In this document: positions 10,331 through 22,976 of the stretch, piece after piece
How positions within the stretch are numbered: the first letter of the stretch is position 1
Layout of the letters: every line of letters starts with the position of its first letter
Assembly: GCA_016748015.1 (NCBI GenBank)
Contig: JAAOMT010000309.1
Coordinates: 186,001 to 250,000, forward strand
Length of the DNA: 64,000 bases
Reading direction: 5' to 3'
Source of the DNA: Geosiphon pyriformis uo1
Taxonomy: Eukaryota; Fungi; Glomeromycota
Made by a program: the position numbers and the translations under genes
The notes under the pieces: generated by a model
What the model was told of the DNA's origin: nothing
The model's database searches: none
The model's input: the letters and a program-made list of their open reading frames with translations, nothing else

Positions 10331-13300
10331 CTACATTTCAATGATGATGATTGGTTCCAGATCTCGTGGTATATCTTCTGGTCTGATTAATGAAATTTGT
10401 GTTCCTAGTTGAGTTACTGATGACAATGATTCCTGTTTTACATGATAAATTTTTAACCGATTTTCATGCGCTACTTTCTTTAAAATCCTGTCTTCCAATT
10501 GTAATTTGTAAGCTCCATTTCCTAATGCTTCATGTATGTGGAATGAACTGTCCCACTTTGGGTCAAACTTTCCACTCCACTGTTTCTCAGTTTTTGTACA
10601 ATGTAACAGTACTTGGTCTCCAATCTTGAATTCCATTGGTTGTTTTGATAGATGTTTATCATGTCTTTCTTTTTGTCATTCTTGAGCATGACTAATATTG
10701 CCAGCTGCTGTTCTTCGATTGTTTTTCAATGTTTCCATTAGCTGATACATTCTTTGGTGTAAGATAGCCTCAAAATTCTTTTCATTGATTGTTTCTGTTG
10801 GGTATGACAGTATCACTTGTTCAATCAATAATGTAGCTTTTTTTCCATAGACTAGTTTGAATGGTATGAACTGAGTCATATTTTGTTTCAATGTTTGGTA
10901 TGCAAAGAGTACAGAAAATATGAATAAGTCCCATTCTTGTCTGTTTTCATGACTTATTTTTGCTAGTGCTTCGCACAGTGTTTTGTTAAATCGTTCTACC
11001 AGTCCGTTTGTTTGTGGGTGGTATAGTAATAATAAGAGTCTCTTTATTCCAAATCATTGGCTTAGTTCAGTCAGCATATTATTAATGAAGTGTGTTCCCT
11101 GATTAGATAATAATTCTTTCGGACATTCATGTCAGCAAATTAAGTCTTGATGCACAAATTCAGCAACTGTTTTGGCATCGGCCACTTGGATTGCTCTGGC
11201 TTCTGGCCATTTTGTAAGATAGTTTATGGCTACAGCAATATAGTGATTTCCTTGGGATGTAATTGAAAGAGGTCCAACCAAATCGATCCCAATTTTATCA
11301 AATGGATTTCCAACTGGAATGGGTCGAAGTGGTTCTGTTGATCTTGCTCTTCCTCTTTGCTGGCATGTGTCACAATTGAGCAAGTATTTGAAAATGTCTT
11401 TGTGCATCATTGGCCAATAGTATAAGTTTAGTGTTCTTTCAAGGGTAATGTTTTTGTTAAAGTGTTCTGCAGTCGGATCTGAGTGCACACTATATAATAT
11501 AGTTTCTTTTTCACTGTCCGTGATTAGTTGTTGTAAGTTGGGGTGGTTTTGGCATTCTCGTCAATATAGTTGGTTGTCTTGAATAAAATAATTTTGGGCT
11601 TGTTTTCATATGATACTCTGTTTCTGTTGAGATAATATCTCCTTGAAACTTAGTGTTGATAGGTACTAATGTAGTTGTTGATAAGTAAGTGTGTTCATGG
11701 GTCTGGAATTAGGTTTGTGGTGTTCTTGGATCCTTCCTTGTAATGGACTTTGAGTAAGAATTGTTGCAGATAAGTACTCCATCTCACATATTTTTCTTCT
11801 AGTTGTGGATTGTTGAGTAACCAAATAAGTCCTTTGTGGTCGGTATATAGGTCAAATAGTTGACTGAGATAATGTTTCCAAGTCTGTATGGCCCAATAAA
11901 TGGCGAGACATTCTAGATCTGTTGTGCTGTAATTCTTTTCTGCTGGGCTAGTGCTGCGACTAGTGTAGGCAACTAGGTGTTCTCTATTGTCTGGTCCTAT
12001 CTGTGATAAGACTGCTTCTAGAGCATTTTTCGAGACGTCCATAGCAACAATGAACTGTTTAGTGAAATCTGGGTAAATTAGGATTGGGGATGTGATCGAT
12101 CACTGTTTGAGATAGTCGAATGCTCTCTGTTGATCTTCCTTCTACAAATATGGTATGTATTTAGACAACAATTGATGGAGTGGTTTTGCGATGTTTGAGA
12201 AACCTTTGACAAATTGACAATAATATCTTGCTAATCCTAGAAATTTTCATAATTCTTTGAGGTTGATTAGGGCTGGAAAATCCTTGACTTTTTGTACTTT
12301 ATCTGGATTGGGTTTAACTTCGTCCTTGCCGATTACATGTTCTAGGAATTTTAACTCAGTTTTTCTAAAGAAGCACTTCTCGGGATTGAGTTTCAATCCA
12401 GCACTACAAAGACATTCGAAGACTTGTTGCAGGTGGAGCAGATGGTCTTCGAATGTTTCAGAGAACATGTTTGTGTCATCTAGATAGACTACTACTGATT
12501 TCCAAAGGATTCTTTTGTATACTACATCCATCAGGTGTTGAAATGTGGCAGGAGCATTACAAAGTCCAAAAGGCATTACGTTAAACTCGAAGTTTCCATC
12601 TTGAGTGGTAAATGCTGTTTTTCCTTTGTCTTTGGGGTCTATTTCAACTTGCCAGTAACCACTTGCTAAATCTAATGACAAGAACCATTTCTTTTTCTCT
12701 AGATTGTCTAGAATTTCCTGGATGAGAGAAGTGGGATAATTATCTCTTCACATGACACTATTTAGTTTTTGATAATCTATGCAGAATCACACTTTTCCAT
12801 TTTTTTTGGTGACTAAGACTACTGGCGAGGACCAAGGGCTTAATAATTCTTTGATTAGGCCATTATCAAGCATCTGTTGCACTTCTTGCTTAATTAGGTT
12901 ATCGCCAGAAGGGAGTACGCAGTAAGTTCGTTGCTTAATTGGTCAAGTGTCTCCTGTATCAATCTGATGCTTCACAATGTCAGTGCATCTGAACTCATTT
13001 TCGCTGGCAAAGACATTAGCATACTGATTCAGAAGGACTTTGAGTTGCATTTGTTGCAGGGTACTTAAATTTCTTAAATTTAATTTATTGATCTCTTCTG
13101 GTGTGAACAAGTAACTTTCTTTTGGCAAATTCCATACTTGTAAGGTAATGTCACAGAATAAGAATAATTGTGTGAAATCTGGAATGGACTGAGGTTTTTC
13201 AGAATTCTGACTATCTGCGGATATGGAACTGACGAGGGTCCCTTTGGAGATTTCAATGACATCTTCTGTCGGGTTGTGAATAAGGATTTTGAAGTGTTTA

Positions 13301-16300
13301 TGGGCTTTGGCCAGTAGGTATAGATTAGCAACATCGGCTAGGGAACAGATTTCAGGACTGGCTTCAAATAATAAGGCTTGATCTTGGATCTTTTGATTCA
13401 CCTTGAGGATGTATTGTCGGTATGAGAAAATGGAGATGACAGTGTTAGTGTGGATAAATTCTACCTGGTTACTGTCTTCTTCCGTGAAATTAACTGGTAC
13501 GTTTCCTCTTCCACTTGATCCAAACCCATTGATTTCTCGGGCAGTGAGGCCTAACTCTTTTTAGGTTGTTACCGGGGTTAATTGGAGTATTTTGACTAGA
13601 GGTAAGAAGATAGCTTGGGCAATCTTTTCTTGTGATTCTATTTTGTAGGGTCTGTTTGAATTGTTCTGTAGCATCATGATGATGTTTTCCGTGTAACTGG
13701 CATCAATGATTTCTTTTTTTATGTCGATTTTTTTCTTGGTTAGACTAGATCGAGAGGCAACTTGTATCATTGTACTAACAGAAATTTCTAATGCTATCTT
13801 AAGATCTATTTTTACGAGGGAATGTGGGGCTATAATAATGGGTGATTGTCCAGGGTATTATAAATTGAAACTGGCATTGGTGTCATGCGCTCTTTTGGGG
13901 CAGATTCTTTCCTCATTGTCACTGTACCATTTTAGCTTTAGTTTTTTGGAGAGGTTGGAATATGCGAGATATTGTTCTGTTTTGGTATCCTCAGTTGGAT
14001 CTTGAAATGACATGTCCTCGGTGATCAATACCTCTTTTTTGGGTTCAGGTAGTTTGGTGATTGGAAACAGTATTCTTGGAGGTGGATTGAACATGAGATC
14101 ACATTCCTCGCAGTACTGGAAGTGACAAGGAATCAAATAGTGATTGCATAGTTTGGTATTCAAATCGGCCAATCTTTGCTCTTGTTCCTCGCAAGTTGGG
14201 GCCAATTTCTGATATTAGTTCTGAAATGTGTCTGGGTCATCTGTGAAGAAATCATCCTCAGGGTAGTCAGGTCCAGTATATTTGGGCATCCAAGGGTTGT
14301 CCTTAATTTCTCGTATTTTTTTGAGTGTGGTGCCTTTGGCCTTGGTGCTTGCCATTCTCCAGATTTCATGGTCATTGTGTAAATAACTGTCTAGCCTGTT
14401 GAGTGCTCATTTCTAAGTGTTTTCGATGGGGGTTCTCTTTCGTACCCAATTGTTGATTAATATGGTGTATTGACAAGCCTCATCACATGTTCCTCTTCTG
14501 CCAGGCACATCATTCCAGAGTTCTTTATCTGGCAGGATTTCGCTACATGCGAGGCACAGTGTGTGGTTCTACTTGCCTTGTCATTTTGGTCATCCAAATC
14601 TTTCCAGTAAACAAGACCTGCAATAGTATTTGGTGGCGGTGGGCCATTTTTTGTTGTCCCCAATACATGCACCCATAGTGGATAGTTTTTTCTCACAATT
14701 GACACATATTAGTCTTGGGGGTTGGTAAAATAAGTTTCTTTGGTCCGAAGTTACATATCTTAGTGATGACGATTGGGGTTCTTCTTTGGCTCTGCCTTTT
14801 TTTTTTCTTCCCAGGTTGGTGGTGGGGGTAGTTCAGTTCAATAATCATCTGCCCATGAAACCTGATAGGTCTCAATGGTTGGTGGTATTGATGTGTTTTT
14901 GAATTTAATAAGGGGTTTCTCGGTACATTGGTTTTTAAAGTGTCTGCACGTAGCTGGGACTTGGGCATACTGTCCATTGAATGTGAATTGAAGTTCTTGG
15001 GTGTTCCAGTCAAAAGTAGCATTGGCTTTTGACAACCAGTCATTTTCTACTAGAGCTTAATATTGAGTAGCTTCTATGACAAGTACTTTGGTAAAGATTT
15101 AGATTCCATTAATCTCGAAGGGGAAGTTGTCAATTTCTCTTATTAGGGTTTTTGTGTTCCCATCCACTGTAATGATCCGGGCAGTAGTGGCACAGTCTAT
15201 TTGGTGACCTAGTTGGTTTATGAACTGCTTCGTGATTATGCTACTGGCTGATCCACTATCCAGGATTAATTTAATGTCTATTCCTCCGACTCTGGCATCA
15301 GTGTATAGGGCCATTATTGGTTTATCTTGATTGATGGCTGCTCCACTAAAAAGGCTATGTGTGTTCAAATTATTGATGTCAAAAGGAAATATGGCAGCTA
15401 GGGTGGTGTCTTCGGTAATAGTGGCTGGTGGGATATTGCTTTTTGTTTGCTTGGAAGATTGGGAAATTCATTCTATATCCTCTCCTTCCACAAGTGTAGA
15501 TTTATCAAAACCCTAGTCTTCTATAAGACCAAGATAGGAAGCTTGATTTGGGTATCCAGTTGGTGTTGGTTGAGATTGGGCAGGACTGCGAAGGATTGGT
15601 CGAGATGGTCTACTGTTGGTTTGTACCTGATTGTTGTTGGGATTCCTTTATCTCTGATTATAGTCTATAGCTCGAGGTCTGGATGGGCTGTAAGGGGAAG
15701 TTTGATAGTAAGGGATTGCTTGTGTCATTGGTGGTAGTTGATAATAATTCTGGGGCAGTGGTTGAGTGTACGAGACTTGTTGTGCATATAAGGGTGGTTG
15801 ATTCTGAGATATAGAATATTAGGGTACCATGTTTTGCTGATATCTGGGTTGCTGGTATGGGTTTTCTTGATTTTGGTCCATGATCTTTCTTCTGCAGTCA
15901 CAGGCAATATGTCCAGGTTTCTGGTAGTAGTAGCAGTTGTGGGGATTGGATCTCCAAGATTGTTGCTGTTGCTAACAGTTCTGTTGCTGTGGGTATCTGC
16001 TGTTGTTGTTATTTTCTCTCCATTGGGGTGGTTGGTAAGTTTCTGTAGTTCTGGCTAAGAATCCCTCAATTTTCTGAGTTAGTTTTTCACTCAATTGGGT
16101 TATCTTTGCATTGATGTCAGAGGTTCTGTTAATGGCTAAATTAATGGCTTGGGTATGATTTGCTTCTTGTTCTGCAGACTCAAAATCGTGAGTGAGAGTG
16201 ACGGTGTCTTGTAAACTGGTCAGATGGCGGGATCTTATGGATCTTAGAATACTACTCCGCAATCCTTTAATGAATTGATTAAGAACTTGCGCCATAGTGT

Positions 16301-17471
16301 AGTAGTCTTTTTTGATAGCTAATATTTGACACAGAATTTGATTGAATCATCCGAGATAAGTAGTTACTGCTTCGTGATCTTTTTGTTTAATTATGCTGAA
16401 TTGATTCTGCAATCGGATTAACATATTGGGGTCACAGAAGTATTGCAGAAATGCGAGTTTAAACTCGGTAAAGGAGGTAGGCTTTTCTGTTAGGCTCTGG
16501 TATCACGAATCGGCAGTTCCAATCAGAAAAAACAGCAGTGCCTGAACTGTGTGGTTGTCGTTCCAACCATTAGCGGTAATTGCTTTCTCGGCATCCGCAA
16601 TCTAAGAATATGCATTATCTTCTTCACCAGAGAATTTTTCCAATTTAGCAATATTTAGGTAAGCTATGATCCAGTTAATGGGTGGGGTGTTACTGGTTAT
16701 GTTTAAAGAGATTGGTGTCTGTGTATTCGAGTGTTTTCTGGGTGCTAATGCTGGTTGCTTTCCTTTGTCACTTGAACCAATAGGTTGTAAGATAGCTGTT
16801 TTTTCCATTAGGGAAAATGCTGATTCTGTTAGGTTTTGTGCTGGTGGCTGTTCCTAAGTTGACGGGTTTCCTTCTGTTTGACCGGCTGCTGGAGTAAGAT
16901 TTCCAAACAGCGATCCATATTCTCCTAGTGATTTGGTCCAACTGTGTTAATTCCAAGAGTGTGGATTTCCAGGAGTTTGTGATGTTTCTGACTGGGTTTC
17001 CAGGGGTGGGTTGAATACAATTCTACTTTGAGGTGTCTGATAGTATGATGGAGTTGTTGGAAAGAGGACCCTTAGTTTTTTGTTAACCATGAACTTGGCT
17101 TGGGCAGTTACGGGGTTGTTGGATTTGTTTTCGTATTCCTCAGGGTCGGATTCCACTGGTTGTTGTACTTGAGAGAATCGTTGTGCCACATAATATTTAA
17201 TGTCTGTATTAATTATGCACAGAGTTTCAGCGATTGCTCGGGTAGTTGTGGCTGTTAAGTACCTTAGTAAGCTTTGATGGATTTGTTCTCCAAGTCTTCT
17301 TGTATCAGTTGCACAGCCTAACAAGCAGTCAATTTTTGTGTTGATATAGTTACAAAAATCACTTTCTACATAAGCAGTTCCTGCTGGTATTCCTAGATCT
17401 TTTCGAAAGTATTGAAATAGTGTTTTTCCATATGAAGAGTGGTCCTTTCTTATTGTTCCAATAGTTGCCAC
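10331..17471 (-). pseudogene. gag-pol polyprotein (probably a single ORF originally): Gag with CCHC knuckle, protease, Cys-rich domain, dUTPase, RT, RNase H, integrase
   Basis: KFSGEED/WYQSL-type Gag core; CYY(C>Y)QKPGHIACDC at ~15890-15935; LILDSGS; LDLASGYWQV..MPFGLCNAPATFQ..YLDD; DVS..ECLA..YTDH; H..H..CDTC, GIDLVGP, SDQGTHF (copy 2), GLVERFN; frame changes occur at a poly(A) run (~14800) and a 26-bp deletion (~11720). Confidence 0.93.
13505..13930 (-). pseudogene. dUTPase domain within pol, between protease and RT
   Basis: All five trimeric dUTPase motifs in order: ASFNL (AGFDL), SRSS, IIDASYT(G), EKIAQ, R(G)INGFGSSG. Confidence 0.92.
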
Positions 17472-17514
17472 TTTTATGTATTTTTGGAGGTGCTCTGTCT
17501 CTGTGGATTTATAA

Positions 17515-17531
17515 CCTCACAAGGAGCACCA
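17515..17531 (-). promoter_or_regulatory. Primer binding site TGGTGCTCCTTGTGAGG, 2 nt after the 5' LTR
   Basis: Begins with TGG; its complement CCTCACAAGGAGCACCA resembles eukaryotic elongator tRNA-Met 3' ends (from memory). Confidence 0.8.
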
Positions 17532-17533
17532 AA

Positions 17534-18624
17534 TGTTATAGGTAAACTTGATGGATATGAGAAATGGTAACGTTTGGTACTCTCAATTATTAATGATGCA
17601 TCTTTTACGTAATTCTGTTGGCTTAGTCTTGATTATCAGTCTCTGAAGGTCTATTCCTGGATGTGAATTTTACCCATTGAGTTCTTTGGTTATAAGGCAC
17701 AGAGTTTGTCTTTCGTTGATTGCAATGTTTTTCATAAATGTGAGCTTTCTTCTCTGAACTAACAAGCACAGTCATTAGGATCTGGCATTGTTTTTTCGCC
17801 CTTCTGGTAAGCTAACAAAATAATGTTAATATCCAAAACTTAGAGGGAGCTTCCCTCTTTTACCAGGCTATCACAAAGTCTATTCCCAGACAGTCAATTT
17901 TACTATGTTGCTGCTCCACAAAAAATAAGACAGAAAAAGAAAAAAAAAGAAAAAAAAAAGAAAAAAAAAAGAGAAAAGATAAATTAGTATCATCAATTGT
18001 TATGATCAAGAGCAATTGGTCCAAATTGTTAATAAGTTTGAGGCAGTTATGCTAAGAGCATCTGTTCTAGAATGGAGGTACAAGACAAGAGTTAATTCAT
18101 GTAAATTTTACAAAGTTTGAGAACATGAATTCATGATTCTGATTTCTTTTAATAATTGGTTTATTTCAGAAGATAAAATAGGGAAGATAATAAAGGATGA
18201 AAGGGTATGGATATTTTAATTTCTGGTCTAGAAGTTTGTATCTATTTTTTCTTCTCTGTCTTTTCTCACTTCTACAACTACTTGCTTTTATACATTTTTT
18301 TGGTTTTACAGGATTGCTTTCAATTGTCTTGCTATTGCTAGCTATTGCTTTATTGTTTTTGTTATTGCTTTGTTTTTTTATGTTATCACTAGTTATCCTA
18401 TGTTATAACACGTTATCTGACGTTATTACATGTTATTCTGTATTATCCTGCATTATAACACGTTATCCTACGTTATTGCGTGCTATTCTGTGTTATCTTG
18501 CGTTATAACATGTTATCCAATGTTATAACACGTTATCCAACGCTATTGTACGTTATTCTGTGTTATGTCATGTTTTGGTTACGTTTCTTTATAACTTTGG
18601 ATCGGTTTTTCTACTCGGGTAACA
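17534..18624 (-). repeat. 5' LTR of Gypsy family 1
   Basis: TGTTA...GTAACA, adjacent to the PBS. Confidence 0.96.
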
Positions 18625-18829
18625 CTGGTTAGAAAAGCTGGCTTGGAAAAATGATGTTGTCAGGAAAAATTTCTCATGATGTTGAGAGTTCCAGCCATCC
18701 TAATCATATTTGTATATTGCTGGTAAAGAAACTGGCCCAGAAAAGCAATATTGTTTCCATTCAAGCAAAAAATGCAGTAATAAATTGTCTTATATTTCTG
18801 AAATAACAGCATATAAAATACAAGTAAAA

Positions 18830-19400
18830 TACAACAGAAAACAAAAAATTTGACAACAAATTTGTCAAAAACTAATATAAATATATTTTACAAAACAACA
18901 AAAAGATTTAAAATTTCTTAGATATCAAAAAAACTTTTCTTTAGCAACACTAATGCTTACAAATAAGCATAAAAAAAACTACATAGAATAGGCTTATTAA
19001 TGTTTAAATAACAATAAAAACTGAATTGTATTTACAAATAAAACAGTATTTTGTTTATTTAAAAACACATTAAAACATTGGTATAAAAGTTTGTAACTAT
19101 CAAAAGACTGAAAAAAAATTTTTGTTTGGTAGTTTTTATAGAAGAAGAAAACCTAATTTATTTTGTTTACTAGTATAATGAACAGTGAATTTTGCATTGA
19201 AATTTTCCACATCTATTTCTCTAAAATTAAAAAAATACTAAAACATAAATGATGGTTTTAATAAGATAATAATCTAAAGCACAAATGTAAAATTGCTCAG
19301 GCATTTATTGCTGAAAATATCCATAATGTTATTGATTGGCTTGCCAATTTACCTAACTTAAATTCAACTGAAAACTTATGGGCTATTGTTAAAAAAAGAG
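18830..19400 (+). mobile_element. Tc1/mariner family 2 (DD34E) transposase remnant; boundaries approximate
   Basis: IVFTNKT (eroded VFTDET); DNNLKHKCKIAQAFIAENIHNVIDWLANLPNLNSTENLW has D-34-E spacing and an eroded WPANSPDLNPIENLW. Confidence 0.75.
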
Positions 19401-19466
19401 ATGCCAGAAGATCTAAACTAGTTAATGTTATTTATAGAAATAACTTNNNNNNNNNNNNNNNNNNNN

Positions 19467-21298
19467 AACCACACTTATCTTTTAGGGCAATTATATTTTG
19501 CTTTAACTTATCTACAATCTTGCTAAAAGTACCTATATGTACCAAAATTTCTTTAAACTTAAAGCCAATATTACTACTTAAAGCCAAATCTCTATTAATA
19601 AACTGTTTAAATACTTTAATCATAGAGCCAATTGGTTTAACAATAGAATTAACCAAAGTAGTACGTTTGACCAAATCAAATTCCAATAATATTAACTGAA
19701 AAGAGACCATAGAATTGTCAGATGTAATTTTAATAGAAACAGTTAAACCATTTAAAGTACTAGAAACTGAAGGAAACATAAAAGCAGCAGCTTTAGCATA
19801 AAATTTGTTACTAACACCATAAGAGGTAAATATCTTGGAAGCCTTAAAAGAAAGAGATGAAAACATCTTATAATCCAAAACCAGATAATCTGAACCTTGG
19901 AATTAAAAACAGTGCCAATTACTAAGAGTTTCTTACCAGATATGATACTTTTTTAGCATATTAGTCTTTAGTACTGCAGTATCCAAATCAACCAAAGAAC
20001 CAAATGTAATCAGAGCAAACCAGAAACAATGACCAGACTCAAAAAAATGGAGAATAAAACATGTCTGACCACCAACTTGAAAAATTATATCACTAATTTC
20101 AAAAGCTATATAGCCAGAGAAAAAATTAATTAACTTGGCCTTAAACCTATTATAAAACAGAATAGTTTTATTCTAGTTTACCAAGAAGAGGATTCTAATA
20201 CTATCTTTGTTCACCAAAATTGACTAATAATTTAAAGCAAATACAGCAGAATTCAACTTTTTAAAATAAATAACCACATATTGTCAAATACCAGCAGGCT
20301 TCAGTACAACATAAGTAATACTACCAAACATACAAAAAGCTGTCTTAATGTTAGCAACAGACACACTCAAAAGCATATCATATAGCACAACAGCAACAAA
20401 AGAGGAACTAGACTCAGAAACTACCAAAAACTTGGCAATTTTGAAAGTGGCAAGATAAACAGAGCTTGTAAGTTCAACTAAAAATACAGCATCTAAAAAA
20501 CTTTAAGAAACAAACTTCATACAAAAAAGCTTTATATTATTCTTAGTAACAGATTTTGCACTCAAAAAACCATGCACAGACTGAAAAACAGTCTTAACAT
20601 AAGCCAATTTCATATTAAAAATAGTACTAAGCACCAAAAAAAAAACCACTTATTTAGCAAATCTTTAATGATTAGCAATAATTTCTTAAGCACTACTAGT
20701 GGCAGCACCAGAAACCAGAAGAGAAGATGATTTAATATTTATTTAATCAATTCAGTTCTTAAGAACAAATAATATTACAGAAGTTAATTGTTTTGCTTCT
20801 AAAACTGACAATAAACTGTCAAAAGACATCACATTTGGTAACACAGTCAATAGTTAATTTTGGTTTATCTTAGATAATATGCCAGATGATACTATAGAAA
20901 TCTCACCTAAAATTTTATTGGAAACCACAAAAAGATTCGGTGTAATAATAACAGAGACAAGTAACTGCTCCCACTTTTCTGAACTTTTGGTGTTTTTGAC
21001 CATTTTTTTGAAAAAGTAAAAACAACATTAGAACTAATTCAAGTGTGTTTCTTTGAAAGAATTTTAACTGGAAAAAAACCAGCCAAAGATATGAAAAGTG
21101 TTTTAGTAGTTATTAAAAGCAGCTTTTTATAATTAATAAGCAAAAAAAAAGCTTTTAAAATGTTTTGCCTAGTTGCTTCTATAATAAAGAAAGCTTTTTT
21201 GGTTGAAATTTTATTAAATATTTTAGAAAAAATAACAAATATAGCTTTTTTACTCTTTGTTTTAGTCATAATCATAAAAATAAGGAGACAAAGAGTTT
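19467..21298 (-). mobile_element. ORF1-only (HAL1-like) retroposon, 5' and middle part
   Basis: Colinear with 52163-54082 apart from a 92-bp deletion; shares the same 5' flank. Confidence 0.82.
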
Positions 21299-21715
21299 AA
21301 TTGATGTATTTATAATATGTAATATTAATATATATAGAATTTTAATAAATATTAGTTTAATTAAAATAAAAAATAACTTTTTTTTATTATGTTTTAAGTA
21401 ATTTATAGTGTTTTATATTAAAAAATACTTCATTATAAATAATTATAATATTTATTAATATGTTTTTATATATAATTAAATATAAAATTATAATATAAAA
21501 TAATATTATATATTATAAAATCAATTTAGCAATTTTTAAATTTTATTTTAATGTTGTATATTTACTGTAATAAAATTAAATTTTCAGATTATGTGTTTTT
21601 GTATATTAATAATACAAATATTTAATTAAAATTGTTTGATATTTAAATAAATATATGAATTTTTTTAATTAGTTATCATATTATATTTTTTAAATNNNNN
21701 NNNNNNNNNNNNNNN

Positions 21716-22290
21716 AGAAAAAGCTTTAGTTGCATGTTTTGGGGATGTTTTTCATAAGTTGGTTTGGACCCTTTAGTTCCTTTGATTGGTCATATTACTG
21801 GAGTTATATATCACGAAATCTTGGCTAATTATGCAATTTCTATGGTAAAACTTTATGCAAAAAAAACTAAAAAAAAGTTTTTTTTTCAGGAAGACAATGC
21901 ACCAATCTATATATTAAAAGTCATACATTCTTTTTTTACTTCTTCAAATGTTGAATTACTTCTTTGGTCAGCACAAAGTCCTGATATTACTCCAATAGAA
22001 AATTTTTGGTCATATATTAAAGTTAAAATTTGTCAATGTAATTTACAACTCTCAAATATTGTATAATTGGAACAGTGAGTTAAAGAAGAATAGAATGCAA
22101 TATCTGTAAATTACTATTGTAATTTGATCAAGTCTATGTCACATTGAGTTCAAGCTATTCTTAAAGCAAATAAGGGTCAAACAAAATACTAACATGTATT
22201 TTAATATAATAATAAAAAATTAACAATTCATAAGTTAGTTCTTTTATATAACATATTATAAAAGTGTCTAATACTTTTTATACTCTCTTA
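21716..22290 (+). mobile_element. Tc1 family 1, 3' part with right TIR, followed by TA
   Basis: QEDNAP..WSAQSPDITPIENFW (D34E); ends TACTCTCTTA|TA. Confidence 0.88.
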
Positions 22291-22292
22291 TA

Positions 22293-22633
22293 AGTCAATT
22301 TGATCTTAAAAATAATACCAAACACCAAAAAAGAGACCACCCATTTAGCAAATTTTTAATAATTAGCAATAGTTTTTTAAGCACTATTAGTGACAACACC
22401 AGAAATCAAAAGAAAAGATGATTTAATATCTATTTAGTTAGTCCAGTTCTTAAGAACAAGTAACACTACAGGAGTTGATTGTTTTGCTTCTAAAACTGGC
22501 AATAATTTGCCAGAAAACATCACATTTGGCAATACAACCAGTGGTTAATTTTGGCCTATAATATGTCAAATAATACTATAGAAATCTCATCTAAAATTTC
22601 ATTGGGAACTACAAAGGGATTCAATATAACAAT
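22293..22633 (-). mobile_element. Fragment of a second ORF1-only/HAL1-like subfamily interrupted by Tc1; also at 24442-24581 and 41933-42208
   Basis: Diverged match to 53300-53645 (VPNEILDEISI..LEAKQS..FKIKL). Confidence 0.7.
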
Positions 22634-22887
22634 NNNNNNNNNNNNNNNNNNNNATTAAGAGCATTTAATCAAAATGCTTTGAAACTAGATACAATTAATA
22701 ATAAATCAATAAGTATTCATTAAGAACTTAATGTACTGTCATCTATATCTCTTTCAGTGAAAGAACTCTCAAAAAATTCAAATAATACTGGTTTTATGTA
22801 AATAATGCTGAATTAATTGAGCTTAATAAAAACCTATAGATGTGGATCCATACATAATAAAAAAATGAGACACTTGTTTGAATAACA

Positions 22888-22976
22888 TATAAATTTTCTT
22901 TTGTAAGACTACTGATCAAATCGCCATCATGACGTCAGATGGCAGTGATCAGCAGTCTTACAAAAGAAAATTTATA
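22888..22976. repeat. 89-bp inverted repeat/hairpin with central TGACGTCA
   Basis: 31-bp arms with 1 mismatch, inner GCCATC/GATGGC stem. Confidence 0.95.

Larger units (their letters stand above)
8444..18624 (-). mobile_element. Full-length Ty3/Gypsy LTR retrotransposon, family 1, dUTPase-bearing (10,181 bp); inactivated by point mutations
   Basis: Two ~1.07-kb LTRs TG..CA, CTGG TSD (8440-8443, 18625-18628), PBS, PPT, order PR-RT-RH-IN. Confidence 0.97.

Noticed and set aside
10331-10636. Chromodomain at the integrase C-terminus
   Set aside because: Reads as the GPY/F and SH3-like tail (KFDPKWD..F.I..ALGNGAYKL); no Y.VKW.G motif
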